A stretch of DNA of 63,879 nt, counting the filler, from Octopus bimaculoides (taxonomy: Eukaryota): the NCBI RefSeq assembly GCF_001194135.2. It is 4 parts of 3 records of this genome, joined end to end, with 100 filler letters (N's around TTAATTAATTAA, not from the genome) between each part and the next. Parts side by side here need not be neighbours in the genome. Positions count along the whole stretch, not along the records: positions 60,757 to 63,879 come from NC_068981.1; 3 more parts are not named here. One strand, given 5' to 3'. The position numbers were made by a program, and so were the translations under genes. The notes below the pieces were generated by a model that saw only the letters and a program-made list of their open reading frames with translations, was not told the origin of the DNA and did no database searches. Below, piece after piece: positions 62,953 to 63,879 of the stretch. Each line of letters starts with the position of its first letter. Within the stretch, counting starts at the first letter, position 1.

Positions 62953-63142
62953 GCGCCCTTTTAAAGCCTAGCCCGGCTCATGGGCCCGGTTTCAATGGCG
63001 TATGTGCTCCCCAGCTGGACGGAACGCCAGTCCATCACAGTGTTACTCATTTTTGCCAGCTGAGTGGACTGGAGCAACGTGAAATGAAGTGTTTTACGAT
63101 CATGATGCTGACACCCTAACCACTAGTCCACGTGCCTCCACA
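62953..63142 (-). mobile_element. tRNA-derived SINE (internally deleted)
   Basis: Head tgtggaggcacgtggactagtggttagggtg like 29718; core gctccagtccactcagctg like S2. Confidence 0.75.
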
Positions 63143-63879
63143 TATATACTTACATACCTAAATATATAGGTCATGCACACACACACACACATATATATAT
63201 ATATCGTTGCTATTATGTTAACTGTCCTATGTCCAAATATGGCCAAATGCGTTTCTTTTTCAATATTTATTTTTGCTTGCAATAGCCCGCTTTTGGGGTC
63301 AGATAATCCTATCTCCAGCTGCTTCAGATGGAAAGATACTAAAACAATTGTCAAAGTGTAGTACAGCGGTTTTGCTATGGAATGGTGAAATTATTTTTAC
63401 GTTTTCTGAATAATTAACGTTTTGGACTTCCTACACTTTTGTATAATAGCAACGATATATATTATATATACACGCGCGTGTGCACGCACACACATACGCA
63501 GAAACGCACAGACACATTCATGCAATGATTATGAGTCTATGTGTGAAGTGTGGGTGGGTGTATCGGTAGCAAAATACAGTCTAAAATAGACCATAGTCGG
63601 ATGTTCAATCAATTTACTTAGTAAACCATTGACTTCAATCGTCTGCTCGTTTATTTCATTGTTTATTTTGACGAAAATCGCCGCCAAATAATGCAAAACA
63701 CAAAGAACAGGAAAAAAAATACGTGGAGTTTATTTTGATTTTAAACAGATAAACTTCAACTTTTATAGAAATAAATAACATTTACTTTTGTTTGTTTGAT
63801 TGTTTTATTTTATTTTCTTTCGTTTCGTTTTCATCTGATTCTGTTGAAGTATATATATAAATATATATATATATATATA

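Overview
AT-rich, microsatellite-saturated eukaryotic genomic DNA from a gappy short-read assembly. It is most likely a coleoid cephalopod (Octopus-like); this is inferred from the SINE/LINE families, not proven. Three identical 100-bp artificial linkers (44 N + TTAATTAATTAA + 44 N) split the window into four blocks that need not be truly adjacent. The only host gene I can support is three consecutive in-phase coding exons of a tubulin monoglycylase (TTLL3/TTLL8 family) on the + strand (49847-56415). Almost everything else is transposon debris: several tRNA-derived SINE families, RTE, Tx1/L1-clade and CR1-like LINE fragments, R4/Dong-like restriction-endonuclease LINE pieces tied to (TAA)n repeats, Penelope GIY-YIG fragments, two Tc1/mariner elements with intact TIRs and TA TSDs, Helitrons, a Chapaev3-like relic, a solo LTR and long palindromes. 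The top leads are: (1) a Penelope-type minimal hammerhead-ribozyme motif enclosed by a perfect 23-bp inverted repeat (29463-29668); (2) arrays of different retroposon families stacked inside (TAA)n microsatellites; (3) a Helitron whose exact A|T insertion point can be reconstructed from the transposase it splits; and (4) inverted SINE pairs around the TTLL3 exons. Most ORFs in the supplied track are microsatellite or N-gap artefacts. No CRISPR, rRNA or genuine tRNA gene is supported.
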